Source: Eukaryota sp. GEM-RC1
Taxonomy: Eukaryota
Assembly (NCBI GenBank): GCA_040285855.1
Contig: JAUFOQ010000001.1
Coordinates: forward strand, 124,001-188,000
Direction: 5' to 3'
Length of the DNA: 64,000 bases
Shown in pieces: positions 23,620-36,000 of this stretch; position 1 is the stretch's first letter, and each line of letters opens with the position of its first letter. The notes below the pieces were generated by a model. It was not told the DNA's origin. It ran no database searches and saw nothing but the letters and a program-made list of their open reading frames with translations. The position numbers and the translations under genes are program-made.

Positions 23620-26104
23620 TCAGTATTTATTGTCTACAAACTTAACACGAATATTTAATCTTCGTTCCATATACTCTTTAGTTTTTGGACTGAAAGAGCT
23701 ACTACAGAAATGAATTTCAGTAACTGAGGTATGTACTGCAAGTGCATCAGTTAATACTCTGAAACTTGTGTTATACATAGACAAAGAACTGAAGTCAACA
23801 AAAGTCAAGGAAGTGTTGTTCCTAATTGAAGCAGCCAAAGAAATCACGAGATTATGATTAAAACTACACCTTTTAAGAGTAAGTTCTTTGAGATTAGAAC
23901 ACTTTAACAAAGATTGCAGTGATGACACTTGTTCAACAGTTATATTAGGGCCAGTTTTTGGCAAATATCTAAATATTCCTTTTTCAATGTCAATGAAGTG
24001 ATGAGAAATATCAAGATCTATGACTGATTTGTTAATTGAAAGAATTTCAAATACAGTAGCAAGTACTTCTAGACTTGGACTTGGCCACTGCTTACATTTA
24101 ACACTTTTAATAGGGACGTTTGATTTTAAAGAATCTAACAATGCAAGTAAATCAGAATTGTAAATGAAGTAGGCGTAATAGATAGAACCAGTATCAAAAT
24201 CAAAAGAATGTGGTAAAATTTGAATATTTGAAGTTAATTTGTTTGCAGAAACAAGCTCAAAAATAGTACAAAGTCCTTTTAATCCAACTAGACCACCTCT
24301 TAGGCCGAGTTGTTTAATACGAGGTTTGCATTGAAGCGGATCAATCAATTTCAAGAAACCGTCATCATACAGAGTATCATAACGCATGTGTGATATTTGA
24401 GAAAAATTAATATCACTGCAGTCAATAAAAGTCAATGAATTATTAACCCTGACTGAGTCACAGAAAGCTGTGAAAGCTGCAAATATAAACAAACATCTTC
24501 CCAAAGTAAGTTTTTTGATATTAAAAGAATTTAAAAACCAAGGTAAAAACGAAAGTTCTTCAAGAGATATATGAATAGATTCTTTTGGAGTAAAACTGAA
24601 CACGCCTGTTGTAGTGTCAATACAATGAGGAGAAACATCAACACTTGATGATAATTTTCCATTATATACTGCTTCAAAAACTAACATTAAACAAGCAAAG
24701 TTCAGTTCGGGTAAGATAACTTTCTTTACTGTTGAATTCTGTTCTAATCCTTTTAAAAATGTTTTAAAATGAGACGAACTCGCAAATCTACAATCAATAT
24801 TTAAAACAGCAAGACTTGTATTTTTCTGCAACAATTCACTTAACGACTGAGGGATCTGGTCATTGATAGGTGAACCGTTGTGAAACCAATTAGAATTATG
24901 AACTACTAACTCCAATAGAGACGTATTTGTTTCAAGAGATTTACAAAGTGAAATGCTAGGTAATCCACGAATTTCAAGTTTGTTCAAAAAAGTATTAAAT
25001 TTTAAAACATCAGCAAGATCTTGAGAATCAAAATTACAAAATGGTATCACAACTTCTTGGATATTTGAATTGACTCTAAGACCATTAATGATAGTAGAAT
25101 CAAGACGACAATTCAAAGGAAACATAACACTTCTAAGAGTAGAACGCTTTAATAGTGGAAGAAGAACATTGGAAGACTGTAAACCAAGATTAGTTAAATC
25201 AATTTTTGAAATTACTGAATTATTTGAAATTGCGGTAAATAGAATCAAAGATTCTCGATCTTGAATATTACTTGATTTTAAACAAATTGTTCGTAAGGTC
25301 TTATTTAAAGAAAACACTTCTGCCAGCGGGGCAGCTTCAGCAGACCAAAGGGATCCAATTGAAATAATGAAATCAACAACAGTAGTATTAACCATTAAAC
25401 ATTTACAAAATGAAGTAAATGTATCATTGTACCGGAAAACCTTCTTGGTTACTTCCAAGAACTCGTAGACGTGACAGGAAATCAGAAGACGAAGGATCAA
25501 GGAAGTGTTGAAGTTCGCAACAATCATATGATTCTAAATGAGTGATAACTGAAGTACACTTACCAAGGTCTTTTACTAGAGTTCGATCGCACACTGTAGC
25601 ATACACAGAGTTAACATTTGCTTTAAAAATTGAAGCCATGTAACAAAGTGTGGAGAGATGTACAATATTGACAGAAAAGGTGTTTCTTTCTAAAAACACC
25701 TTAACTGCTAGAGAAGAACATTCAAGGAAACGATTGCTTATGTAGCCAACTTTTTGGAAGAATGAGAGGAGATTATCCGTCAATAGAACGAAGGGACGTT
25801 TAATGACCTTCACACTACAAAAAGACTTCACGTGAAGTTTGAGGTAATGAGATTGTATCAGAACCAACAAGGACTGTTGGAGATAGAGACGTTTAGGAGA
25901 AGATTCATGAAGGAGGGAGGGCGTCAATATCATTAAAGGAGGTGATGGGGTAGAGTTGGCACACACAATACTAGTACCATCATAAACTGTTGGAGAGTCA
26001 TCTGAGGAACGACTCGTCTTAAGTGGAGGTTGAGTTAAGTTGGTAGGAGGAGCCGGAGCAGATAAAGAGGTGGCTCTTGTTTTTGATCTTGTGGTAACGG
26101 ACAT
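23620..26104 (-). CDS. RNI-like LRR protein, copy 4 (type B), one 1-nt insertion at ~25455
   Basis: MSVTT start at 26104; ACTTCCAAGA versus ACTTCAAGA in copy 3. Confidence 0.85.
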
Positions 26105-26128
26105 AAAAGGAAGATCAAGACAAAACAC

Positions 26129-28118
26129 TAGGGCTGTCCACAGTTCAGTTCGGTTCAGTTCGGTTCAGTTCACGGTCCTCAATTATTTGGAACCTAAACT
26201 GGTTCGGTTCACCACTTTTAGGAACCTAAGCTTGAACCGGTCTGGACCGGTCTGTACAATTTCAATAACATCTATAACTTCTTTTGGAAAAAAAACGCTA
26301 AATAAAGAAAGTTAAGATACTACAAATTACAATATTTTTGCATATGATTTTGGTTTTCATTATTTATCATAATCATTATAATTTTATTTTGAGAAACTCA
26401 TCAAAAACTCAACAATACTAAAACTAAAGGTGGATGAGCACCTTGAAGACTTCTATTCATTCATTTCTGACTCATAATCCACTGCTTCATTGTCTTCCAC
26501 TAAACCTTCTTCCTTGAAGAATTTCATCAATGACTTAAGACCCACTAAAGCGGAAACACTACTGTCACTTAAAGATGCTCGCTTGTCATTTACGGTTCGT
26601 CCAGCTGCTGAGAATAGTTGCTCAGAAGGTACTGAAGTTGCCTGTACAGATAAAACACTTCTTGCTCGTTTTGCTAACAATGGGTACCTTTTCGATCCTT
26701 CATTTTTCCACCATTCAATTTGGAAATCATCAAATATGTGCTATTCCATCTGGTTGCCACGTCCTGAGGAATTCCAACAACTTTTGAACCTATTTGTTGT
26801 TCGAAAGCAGTTCTGTAATCTTCGTTTACAACATTTGATTGGTGTAATTTTGAAACAAAACCACGGACTCTGGTGATAGTATTGGAAATATTCACATCCA
26901 TTGAAGCAACAGGAACATCAATATCAGACAATTCAACTTCTTCTAATGGCACAGTATCATTTGGTTGCTTATTATTCAACGTTTTGACAACAACATTGAT
27001 AATATGGGCACAACACCGTCTTAAAACAATTTTTGATCTTAAATTTTGTTCAAAGTGTTCCTTCAATTTGTTCATGGCAGACACAACATTACGACCATTG
27101 TCGAATGTAATTCCCTTTAATTTTGTTTCCAAGCCGAATTCTGTTATCGCAGCGAGTACAAAGTTCTTGATGGTGACACCTGTATGAGGATTTGGCATCA
27201 TTCTCACCATAAGAACAAGTGACTTAATTTCAAAATCACTGTCAACAAAATGCAGAGTTATACCCATAAACGATTTTTGTGCTGGTGATGTCCAGAGATC
27301 AATTGTTAGAGATACATGGGCATCGAGATTTTGTAAGAAAGTCTTTAGACGTGTTTCCATCAGGTTATGAGCAGCAACAATACGACGTTGGACTGTTTGA
27401 CGTGACGGCAAAGAAGGGATGTTGGGAACACAGTAAAGAAGCAGATTTCTTAGAGCTGGACTTTCTACAAAGGAGAAGGGAAGATCTTGTTCGACAATAA
27501 GCTGGAGAACAAAAGCAAATACGTTTTGCAGTACTGTTGGATCACACTCGGCGTCTTGCTTACGCTTTTGCAGGAAAGTTGTGAGGACTTGGACATTCTG
27601 AAGACTTTCCTTCCGTTCATTGGGTTGAAGAATATCATTGTGGTGGTTCTGAAGATGTCGTACAATAGTACTATTCCCTGTGGTTGCTGCATAAGGTTCT
27701 TTGTGTTTCTCACAACCTTCAGCGTTGCAGCGAGCACGTTTGTCCTCAAGGCGGGTGAAGTAGTTCCAAATCCATGCTTCCTTACGTGAAGCAGGAGATG
27801 AAAACTCTGGAGGAGGATTAGCGTTAAGGGCCATTAGGGGACAAGAATTTCAAGAATAATCCTACACTAATTTATTGATTGTTTCAGTTAGATTGTCACA
27901 TTGTGATCACTGTGTCCAATACAGTATATCTTCGAAAAAGTTGCTTTTACCACTGACAAGAGTTTAAATAAAATATCGGTTCGGACTGGTTCGGACCGGT
28001 TCCGGTTCGGTCCATGAAAATGGGGAACCTGAACCAGTGAACCAAGAAGGACCGGACTGGGTCAGACCAGTTCGAACCAGTTCGAACCGATGGGTGAACC
28101 GAACTTTGGACAGTCCTA
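26129..28118 (-). mobile_element. hAT DNA transposon, internally deleted
   Basis: TIR TAGGGCTGTCCACAGTTC / TAGGACTGTCCAAAGTTC (16/18); 8-bp TSD CAAAACAC at 26121-26128 and 28119-28126; CGGTTC/GAACCG subterminal repeats. Confidence 0.95.
26453..27834 (-). pseudogene. hAT transposase (BED finger, DDE core, dimerization domain) with a large deletion at ~26720
   Basis: WNYF..C..C..RHL..H, SLTIDLWTS, TFDNG, RCCAH and DVATRWNSTYLM, fused out of frame directly to WWKNEGSKRYPLLAKRARSVLSVQATSVPSEQLFS. Confidence 0.9.
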
Positions 28119-28295
28119 CAAAACACCAATGAAGACTGATTCTCTCATGGTTGAAGTGAATTTCCAACACCATTAACTAAACCAACTAACTACCATAGTT
28201 TGAAAACCAATCGGTCAATAGACCAATGCTGTTTATGAAGTGGACGGAAGACATTAATTCAAATATGCAGATCAAAATATAGTTTATTGCAAAAT

Positions 28296-29129
28296 TTAAA
28301 TATTTGAAAATTGTTTCATATGACTACTCCAATCAAGCCAACCTCCGTCATAAAGAAATACCTTCTCAAAACCCATCATAACTGCACAAACAAAAGCTAC
28401 TGATGCTCGCCAACCAGTACCACAATAGAAAACTATAGTCTTTTCAGGACTTAATCCAACTTCAAGCCAAATCTTCTTCAAAAGGTCAAAATCCACGAGG
28501 GAATCATTGACTACAAGAGACTCGATTTTATGAGCATTGGTTCCTGAATTTCCCCATACTGACAAAGGAATTTTCCCTTTCTCTTCTATATAACAGTAAC
28601 CAGAAGAGAGTGCGTGGTGTTCATCAGAAGATCTAACGTCAACAATGATAGTGTCATTCCGCATTAGGAAAGAGCAAACGTCATCAAATGTGCAGGTGTG
28701 AGGGAATGACAGAGTAGAACATGTGTTGAAAGGGAGAACACGCAGAAAGGAGAAGCGGTTGGATAGATAGTTTCCTGCTAATGTCCACATCTTGAGACTG
28801 CCGTTTAATAGATGTAAAGAAGAGAAACCTAAAGAGTGGAGAGAGAACAGGAGACGACATGCTGGCATTAAATCAAGATCGGAATAAACAACAATCATAG
28901 TGTTGAGGGATATATCATTAAAAGCCAGAATGTCTAGTAAACAAGATGGACATATGAGATTCCAATCTGGGGAGTGTTCAAGAACATTTGTGTCAACAAC
29001 AACGGTACCAGGGATCAAGGCAGTGGGTGGTGGAGAAGAGCTTGAGAGTGGTGTACAGTAGAGTATACTTAACTCATCAAGATCAGCCGTAAGGATATCA
29101 GAAAGTGCTTCAACTGACAATAGTTTCAT
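28296..29129 (-). CDS. YnjE-like thiosulfate sulfurtransferase (tandem rhodanese domains)
   Basis: Active loop FYCGTGWRAS, terminal YDGGWLDWS, and SGYCYIEEKGKIP..WG.SG as in bacterial YnjE. Confidence 0.88.
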   Translation of the reverse strand: MKLLSVEALSDILTADLDELSILYCTPLSSSSPPPTALIPGTVVVDTNVLEHSPDWNLICPSCLLDILAFNDISLNTMIVVYSDLDLMPACRLLFSLHSLGFSSLHLLNGSLKMWTLAGNYLSNRFSFLRVLPFNTCSTLSFPHTCTFDDVCSFLMRNDTIIVDVRSSDEHHALSSGYCYIEEKGKIPLSVWGNSGTNAHKIESLVVNDSLVDFDLLKKIWLEVGLSPEKTIVFYCGTGWRASVAFVCAVMMGFEKVFLYDGGWLDWSSHMKQFSNI

Positions 29130-29211
29130 ACAAGATCCTTCTAGTTCTATATCATAACAGAACAGAGGGAATCAACTGAAGAACTTTTAGAGATCAACTT
29201 TTGACCAACAC

Positions 29212-30546
29212 ATGACTAACTTCTTCTCAAATCTAGATTACACAGTTGTTGTTGACCTTGCCCGGTTATATCCTATCAGATCGGCATGCCTTGTTGCATA
29301 TGTTTTGTCTTCTGTTTGGTCATACTTTCTTGCCATAACACAATATCGTCGTTACAAAACTAAAACTTCTCCTCCTGAAGCACTGAAAGACGTGATCCCT
29401 GAGGACAAGTTCAAGAAATCTCGTCTATACAGTGCAGATAAAGCAATGCTGGGCTTCTGCAGCTCCATCCTCTCTGAAATATCAACCATCGCAACACTTA
29501 CAACTCCCCTATTCTCCTACTTCTGGAACTTCTCTCATACATTAGCCGTTAAAGTAGCTTGGTGGGAAGTCGGTGAGATCACCACTTCCATCGCCCTACT
29601 CCTCATTTCGATCCCCATCTCCATCATTAGAAGCTTACCATTCTCTTTATACGGTACATTCGTAATTGAAGAAAGATATGGGTTCAACACAATGACCAAG
29701 AAACTCTTCGTCATTGATTTAATCAAATCCACTCTCCTCAAACTAGTCATTGCTCCCCCAATGACTGCTCTGGTGATCTACATCATTCGACAGACTGGCC
29801 CGATGTTCTACATTTACCTCGCTGTCGTCCTCTTCTTCTTGTCTCTCTTGTTCTCGGTACTTATTCCTAACTTCATTATGCCTCTTTTTAATAAGTTTTC
29901 TCCCATTGAGGATGAAGAACTTAATGAAAAGATTCATGATTTGTCATCTCGAACTAACTTTCAAATCTCTGAAGTTTTCTCTATGGATGCCAGTAGAAGA
30001 AGTAAGAAGAGTAACGCTTTCTTTATTGGATTATTACCACGTGCTAGGAAATTGGTCTTGTATGACACTTTAATTGAACAGTTGACCTCTGATGAAGTGA
30101 TTGCTGTGTTGAGTCATGAGATTGGTCATAAGAAGAAGAAACACACGTTGGCAATGATGGTGTTGCAGCAAGTTAATTTAGTTGTGTTTTTGTTCTTGTT
30201 TTCAAAGGCTTTAGAGTATCAGGAAAGTATTGCATCAGAGTTTATGGTTGCTTATTGTCCAATTGTACTGTCAATGTTAGTGTTTTCGACTGTTCTTGGA
30301 CCTTCTGATGACGTGATCTCTATTATGATTAATGCTTTATTTAGAATGTTTGAACGTCAAGCTGATAGATTTGCTGTTAGAGTTCCTGGTCTTGATTTGC
30401 CTTTGAAAGAAGCTTTGATTAAGTTGAATGTTGAGAATTTGTCTGATATTGACCCTCATCCTTTAACAGTTTTTGCCTGTCACTCACATCCTCCTTTATT
30501 AGAAAGAATGAAATTCATTGATGATGAAAAGAAGAAGATTCGTTAA
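29212..30546 (+). CDS. STE24: CAAX prenyl protease 1 (peptidase M48)
   Basis: FVIEERYGFN, IMPLFNKF.P, DASRRSKKSNAFF.G, LYDTL, HEIGH zinc motif, FERQAD.FA, HSHPPLLER; multiple TM helices. Confidence 0.95.
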   Translation: MTNFFSNLDYTVVVDLARLYPIRSACLVAYVLSSVWSYFLAITQYRRYKTKTSPPEALKDVIPEDKFKKSRLYSADKAMLGFCSSILSEISTIATLTTPLFSYFWNFSHTLAVKVAWWEVGEITTSIALLLISIPISIIRSLPFSLYGTFVIEERYGFNTMTKKLFVIDLIKSTLLKLVIAPPMTALVIYIIRQTGPMFYIYLAVVLFFLSLLFSVLIPNFIMPLFNKFSPIEDEELNEKIHDLSSRTNFQISEVFSMDASRRSKKSNAFFIGLLPRARKLVLYDTLIEQLTSDEVIAVLSHEIGHKKKKHTLAMMVLQQVNLVVFLFLFSKALEYQESIASEFMVAYCPIVLSMLVFSTVLGPSDDVISIMINALFRMFERQADRFAVRVPGLDLPLKEALIKLNVENLSDIDPHPLTVFACHSHPPLLERMKFIDDEKKKIR

Positions 30547-31547
30547 ATGAATCTAGATGTTTGATAAATAACACTGTTGAGTCTGTTTTTGTTTAAATAA
30601 TAGAGATGTTTTTGTAATTTGAATGTTTTTGTCCTGGCCTAAGAGAACACTGATGTAACACTGAAACATTTGTCAGTTTCAAGTAGAACTCTTACAAAGT
30701 ATTGGGTGCAGCTTTAAGCTAGAAAACACTCTTGGATCTTGGAAACTAGGAAGATGTACTGCCAAATGCCGACAGCATTGACTAACACAGAGTTACCTTA
30801 AGTGAACTTTGACATGTGTCAATACAGTGTTAGACTTCTAATTCTATCTATGATTACTAATTAGATACATCAGTCTTTATTTGTAAAAAACTACGATCAT
30901 CAATGCGTATCTTAAATTAATACTTCCTCCTCAGAAGTCTATAGATGTAATCGAATCCGTACTGAGTAGTCTATATACTTCTAGCATTTGCTGGCTCAAG
31001 ATGGAAAAAACGTAGTCGTAGTTAGTTATGACAATACTACACTCTATTTTTGATGTACAACACACTTCTGCAGTTACTAAATTCTGCATCCATGTGGTGG
31101 TAGATTTAGGGTTAGGCTGCAGAAAGGAATGTTATTGAAGTTGTTTTCCGAGAACATACTTGTCGTAATTGATGATCTATTACCGATCAGCTAGTAATTG
31201 TTCTTAAATGTTCCTAACTCAACAATTTTGTGCGAAATTTAGCAACAAGATCTAAAGGCCGTATTTAAGTGACGAATGATGGATGTTTCAATATTAATCA
31301 ATGTATATATATAACTTTGCCTAAGACATTTGTGATAACTACTTGTCTCCATTGTGTAGTTCAATTTTAAGCTTGACGCAATATACTTTTCGATGTGAAT
31401 TGTGAGCGGCATATTAGAACAAGCCGGCTCTGCTACTAGTTGAACCGTACTTGTGATGGGAAAATGACCCTATGATTTACAGCTGCTGTACTACCCTAAA
31501 TCAGATGATAAGGGAGTAGAAATCCAGGGTTGATGATGTCCAAAAGG

Positions 31548-32422
31548 TAGTGTTGCACCTGGGCTCAGCCCTTTACAATTCAGCCCGCCTGTGCTAAGCC
31601 CTTTTGTTTCAGCCCGCCCAAGCAAATCACTAGCCAGCCCAGCCCAGCCCGTAATTTCGTCAGCCCAGCTCAGCCCAGCCCCCAGCCCAAACAAGTAAAC
31701 ATCGATATAGTATTGTCTAACTTTTTAGCTTATGGTTATTAAGTTCTTTATATTTGCAATCAGAATAATTATTTTATTCATAATGTCTGGTTGTAATATC
31801 AAAAATAATACACGTAAATGTATAAACTAAATTAATCTACTCCACTTTCTTCACCATCATCAAGTTCTATTTTTAGAGACTTCATTTCTTGTAAAAATTG
31901 TTCAAACTCCACTTTCATCCAGAATCTCAAGCTCAATAACACTCTCAAAGACTCAGTGGAGAGCTTTTTTCGACTTTAAAGAAGCAGCAGAAGCAGGAGG
32001 TGGGGTGTCATCTATTATTGTTACGATGTCTTGGCGAGAGGGCATTACAAAAAAAGCAAGATTGTGAATAGACTGAAAGAAGATGAATTAGAGTTCATGC
32101 AATCTACACTGAGGAACATCACAACAAACAAATTGATTCGTGTAATTAGTAGTTTATTCACAATAGTATCTTTTAACTATAACAATGACTGTTGGTCAAT
32201 GGCATAACGATCCTTACAACATTGATACTGATTTCTACTGTTGACAAATGTTGCAATAAAAAATTAGAGTTGTAAATGGGCTAAAGGGCTGAGCCCGGTG
32301 AATTGTCAAGCCGCCCGGGCTTAAGCCACAAACTCTCAAGCCCAGTCCAGATTGTACTGCAGCCCGCCAGGCTGGGCGGCTGGGCTGGGCTGCGGGCTGG
32401 GGCTGAAATTGGTGCAACACTA
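31548..32422 (-). mobile_element. non-autonomous hAT element (875 bp)
   Basis: Perfect 12-bp TIR TAGTGTTGCACC; 8-bp TSD CCAAAAGG (31540-31547, 32423-32430); AGCCC/GGGCT subterminal arrays; transposase C-terminus RKKLSTESLRVLLSLRFWMK on the minus strand at ~31830-31972. Confidence 0.93.
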
Positions 32423-33355
32423 CCAAAAGGAGATGATTCTGAGCTTTTTCTCTCTCTTCTCCCAATCTCAACAATGGTTCATGTCATGATTCCAAACATG
32501 ATTTCTAGTATCATGAGTAGCGTAGCACCCGCTGTTTCCCCCCTCGCCTTCTGTTATGTTGGGCGGAGTTTCCTGTTTTGCATCTGGCGCAGCTTCTTTT
32601 CTAGGACCTCAATCTTCGTTGCCACAATCCGCGTTCCTCGATATGTACTCCCTGCTTCCCGAAATTGACATCACCTATGTCCAGAGTGACCAATCTGATA
32701 TAGATTCGTGAGTTACGATTTAGTCTTTTCTTAGTCTGTTCTTAGTTTGCTAGTTTGCCTTTTACCATATATCATCATCATCCATATCTTTACCACAACA
32801 ATTGCATATCACCTCACTTCAATGTACATTCACCTTGATTTGATCCTAGAATTCTTGACAGAACAATTGACGATCATCAAAGTTATAGTGATCGGTAATG
32901 ATCGCTAAATCTAGACCAAGTGAGAACAACATTGTGTTACACTATACATCAGTATTTATACATAAGTTCATGAAATTAATGTGTTACCCCTACAACATTG
33001 TACCTTAAGTTTCACTGATGGAATTAACCAAATATGGTGGGGTTTCACCCGCCAGCTAACAAAAATATAGCTAATTTCTACTCAGATACTCCACTCTCTC
33101 ATCACTACCACTGATGGATTGAATAGAAATCAGAAATCATTCCTTTGATAAATGAAGCATTTTCTCGAACTATTTGGTGTTTTAGCTCAAACAGTTGAGT
33201 TTGTCGCTTATGTAAACAGCTTGCTATTCTACAAGATTTCAGCAATCTACAATAGAATCTCCATTATTTGTCTTTGTAAACAATCTACAATGTACAAGTA
33301 GAAAAATCCTAAACACTTAAACCTGTCAACTCCCTCTGCTTCTTGGCCTCTTCAG

Positions 33356-34280
33356 ATGTCACTTTCTATCAACGATCTTTCCAGTACTGCTTCCTCTAGT
33401 AACTCATTCATTGATGACGCCAACAATCTTCTTTCTAAATTAGACTCGGCTCTACGTCTTAGCTCTTCCTCTCTTGACGCTGACGAGTCTGCTCTAGAAC
33501 TCTACCAAACTACGGGGAGAACTCAAAGCTCGTCTGGACGTACTGGTCATGAGAATTTCAGAATCCAATCGTATAATGTCTGAGAAGCTATCTGAAGAAC
33601 AGAAGTTCCGATCAATACTGGAGGATCGCATTACCGCAATTGAATCCAAACTGAGCACCTCGGACGTAGACAGACTAGAACATAAAGTACATGAGCTTTC
33701 TACATGGAAGGCTGATGCAACAAACGCTATTAAAACAAGTGCTGATGGAATATCCCGTCTAGCTACATCCTTAAAGGACATTCTGAAGTCATCCCAGCAA
33801 TCAAATACACTGTCTGAACAACTATCTAGTACAGTAGAAACAGTAAAGTGTCTGTCGAATGAACACGCAAAACTGAACGATGACTTTGTTGCATTACATA
33901 GCTATTTGAAACAACGAGAAGAGAATCAAACTGAGTATATAGACTCATTACTCGAGGACACGTCATCAAGATTCTCAGCAATGTTGAATGGTCTAAAGGA
34001 ATCAGTTGTAGCTCTAGAGTCTAACCTAGCAGAAAATAGCCATCACGTGGAGGAAATATCGTCTACATTGGTGAAAGTTACTTCTGATTTTAACACCATT
34101 TCAGAAAAGCTTTCAATAGTTGAAGATGTTTCACTACAAGCAAGAACTCAGTCAACTGAAGCTGTTAGAGCACTTACTAATCTTTCAGTCTCGATTCAAA
34201 CAGTTACTGAGGATTGTAGGGATGGACTTATTGGAGATAAGGATGTTGAGGTCTTTCTAAAGTCTATAAATGATTTGTAA
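33356..34280 (+). CDS. coiled-coil protein of unknown function, one frameshift at ~33505-33517
   Basis: Heptad S/L/E/K-rich sequence; frames join as ...LELY / LRGELKARLDVLVMRISES. Confidence 0.7.
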
Positions 34281-35565
34281 TTTAGTAAACATGTCTACTG
34301 CTGTTTGATCAGTGTTTTTAAAGTTGCAATTAAATGAAATGAAGCAGTCTTAAAGCAATTGGAAGTTTGGAAGGTCCCATATATTGAAGCAAAAATTAGT
34401 TTTCCAGATACATTACGACATTGTCAAGTGGCACTGATTCAGACATATACTCTTATAATGCAACAAGAACAATTGAGTAAATATGGAATAAAACATGTTA
34501 TTGTGTTAGTGTAGTGTTTATCATAAATAATGTTTGACATTCATCACTATCGAAATATGATTTCGTGAACGTATCCTATTATCAAATCGTACAGATATCT
34601 ATTCGAATGAAATAACAATAATGACTGACAGAATAGCTAAAGAAATCGCACAAATTAGATATAACATCAGATACAGAATTTAAGGCACAACCTCCTAAAA
34701 CGGATGTCATAGTATCACTGCCAAATTTAAAAAACCATACGTAGTCTGAGAAATTCTTCTTTTGTTGTGACTGCTCACGTTCAATTAAATGGAGTTTTAG
34801 ACAATATCATAAAGCGCTTGGAAGGTCTACAAACCTTACTTAAGGGAAAACTTTGTTTTAGCTATTCCCGCTGACAAGTGCTCTTGAGTGACATTGGAAA
34901 ACATTATCAAACTTAAGAGTAATAAGCCATATTTTATAAACAATTTCTTTTAAACAACCGATGTTATATTGAAAAACTGACATAACCTAACTAATGATTC
35001 CAAAAGAACAAATTTGAACGGATCAAAACAATAGTATGCTTACATGTAGTTGTTTGCAACAAAGCAGTCGTACTGCGTTCAAACTTTTGTCTTATTAGAA
35101 GTTGTAAAACAGGTCAAAATGACAAAACACGATAGCAATAGTACACTATTAATTCTACTTTTTGTCATTTTGCTTCTTTAAAGCATTGTTTAGGTGTTTT
35201 GATTCGATTTCAACCGTCTCTTTGAATTGAGACAATTGTGAGATGTTGTAGAGGTATTAGTATCTCCTCTGTTAATATTGCTGATTTTCTTTATATGTAT
35301 GAGTACATAAAAGGTGTTTTCCATTCTACTTATGTAACTGCTATGGTCAATCGTAACTAAGCAGAAAGTGATCAAAACAGAGAATCTTGAGAGTGCTGGT
35401 GACGGAGACAATCGAGGAAGAAGTTGAATAAAACACATCATCATTTGTGAGAACCAGTTGTGTTGATATGCTGGAAACATTGGCTGCAGATCTGACATTG
35501 TTTTAGTCCAAATGACAATGATATGAACTTTATTCAATGATTTCAAGCTCATGATCACAATGAAA

Positions 35566-36000
35566 TTAGTAAACATACAGATAGTAATTACCGCCACTTA
35601 ATCTGGGAAGAGTTCCAGTAAGGTTAATTGAAGAATTACCCATAGATTTGATTGTTAAAGTGTAATTAATTAGATCCGCTATGATTTCGAGTAATTCACT
35701 AGGAATCCGCTTGGTCTTGTTTTCTGAGAGACAACCAAAAGCGTATTTTCCATTTCCAAAACAGTGAACATTCGTCCAACAACTTCCACCAACTCTAAAC
35801 TTTGACTCGTCAATGACTCCTACAAAAAGACTATGAGTAGTCCCCTGATATCTCAACTTCCAAGTATACTCATTACCTGGATGAAGTGGATCTTCTCCCA
35901 AGATATTCCTAACACGACAACTATCACTTGCAACAACCACTCTCTTTCCATCTTCACTAACACGTAACTGAGAATTCTTTCTAATTTGAGAGAAATTCAT
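35566..36000 (-). pseudogene. SPRY/B30.2-like beta-sandwich domain (C-terminus of the kinase relic)
   Basis: LRVSEDGKRVV..NILGEDPL..YTWKLRY..LFVGVIDES..LLEIIADLINYTLTI..NYYLYV pattern. Confidence 0.6.

Larger units (their letters stand above)
10185..28621. repeat. tandem segmental array, 4 LRR-bearing units, period 4176-4177 bp
   Basis: LRR start codons at 13575, 17751, 21928 and 26104; the three spacers are identical apart from homopolymer lengths. Confidence 0.95.

Noticed and set aside
26140..26255. CRISPR-like or regulatory repeat arrays (also 31560-31690 and 54460-54575)
   Set aside because: These are 5-8 bp motifs with irregular spacing inside TIR/TSD-bounded elements; there are no spacers or cas genes.
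27947..28173. Short ORFs over hAT ends (also 31491-31694, 32235-32668 and 50274-50507)
   Set aside because: Translations of stop-poor subterminal repeats.
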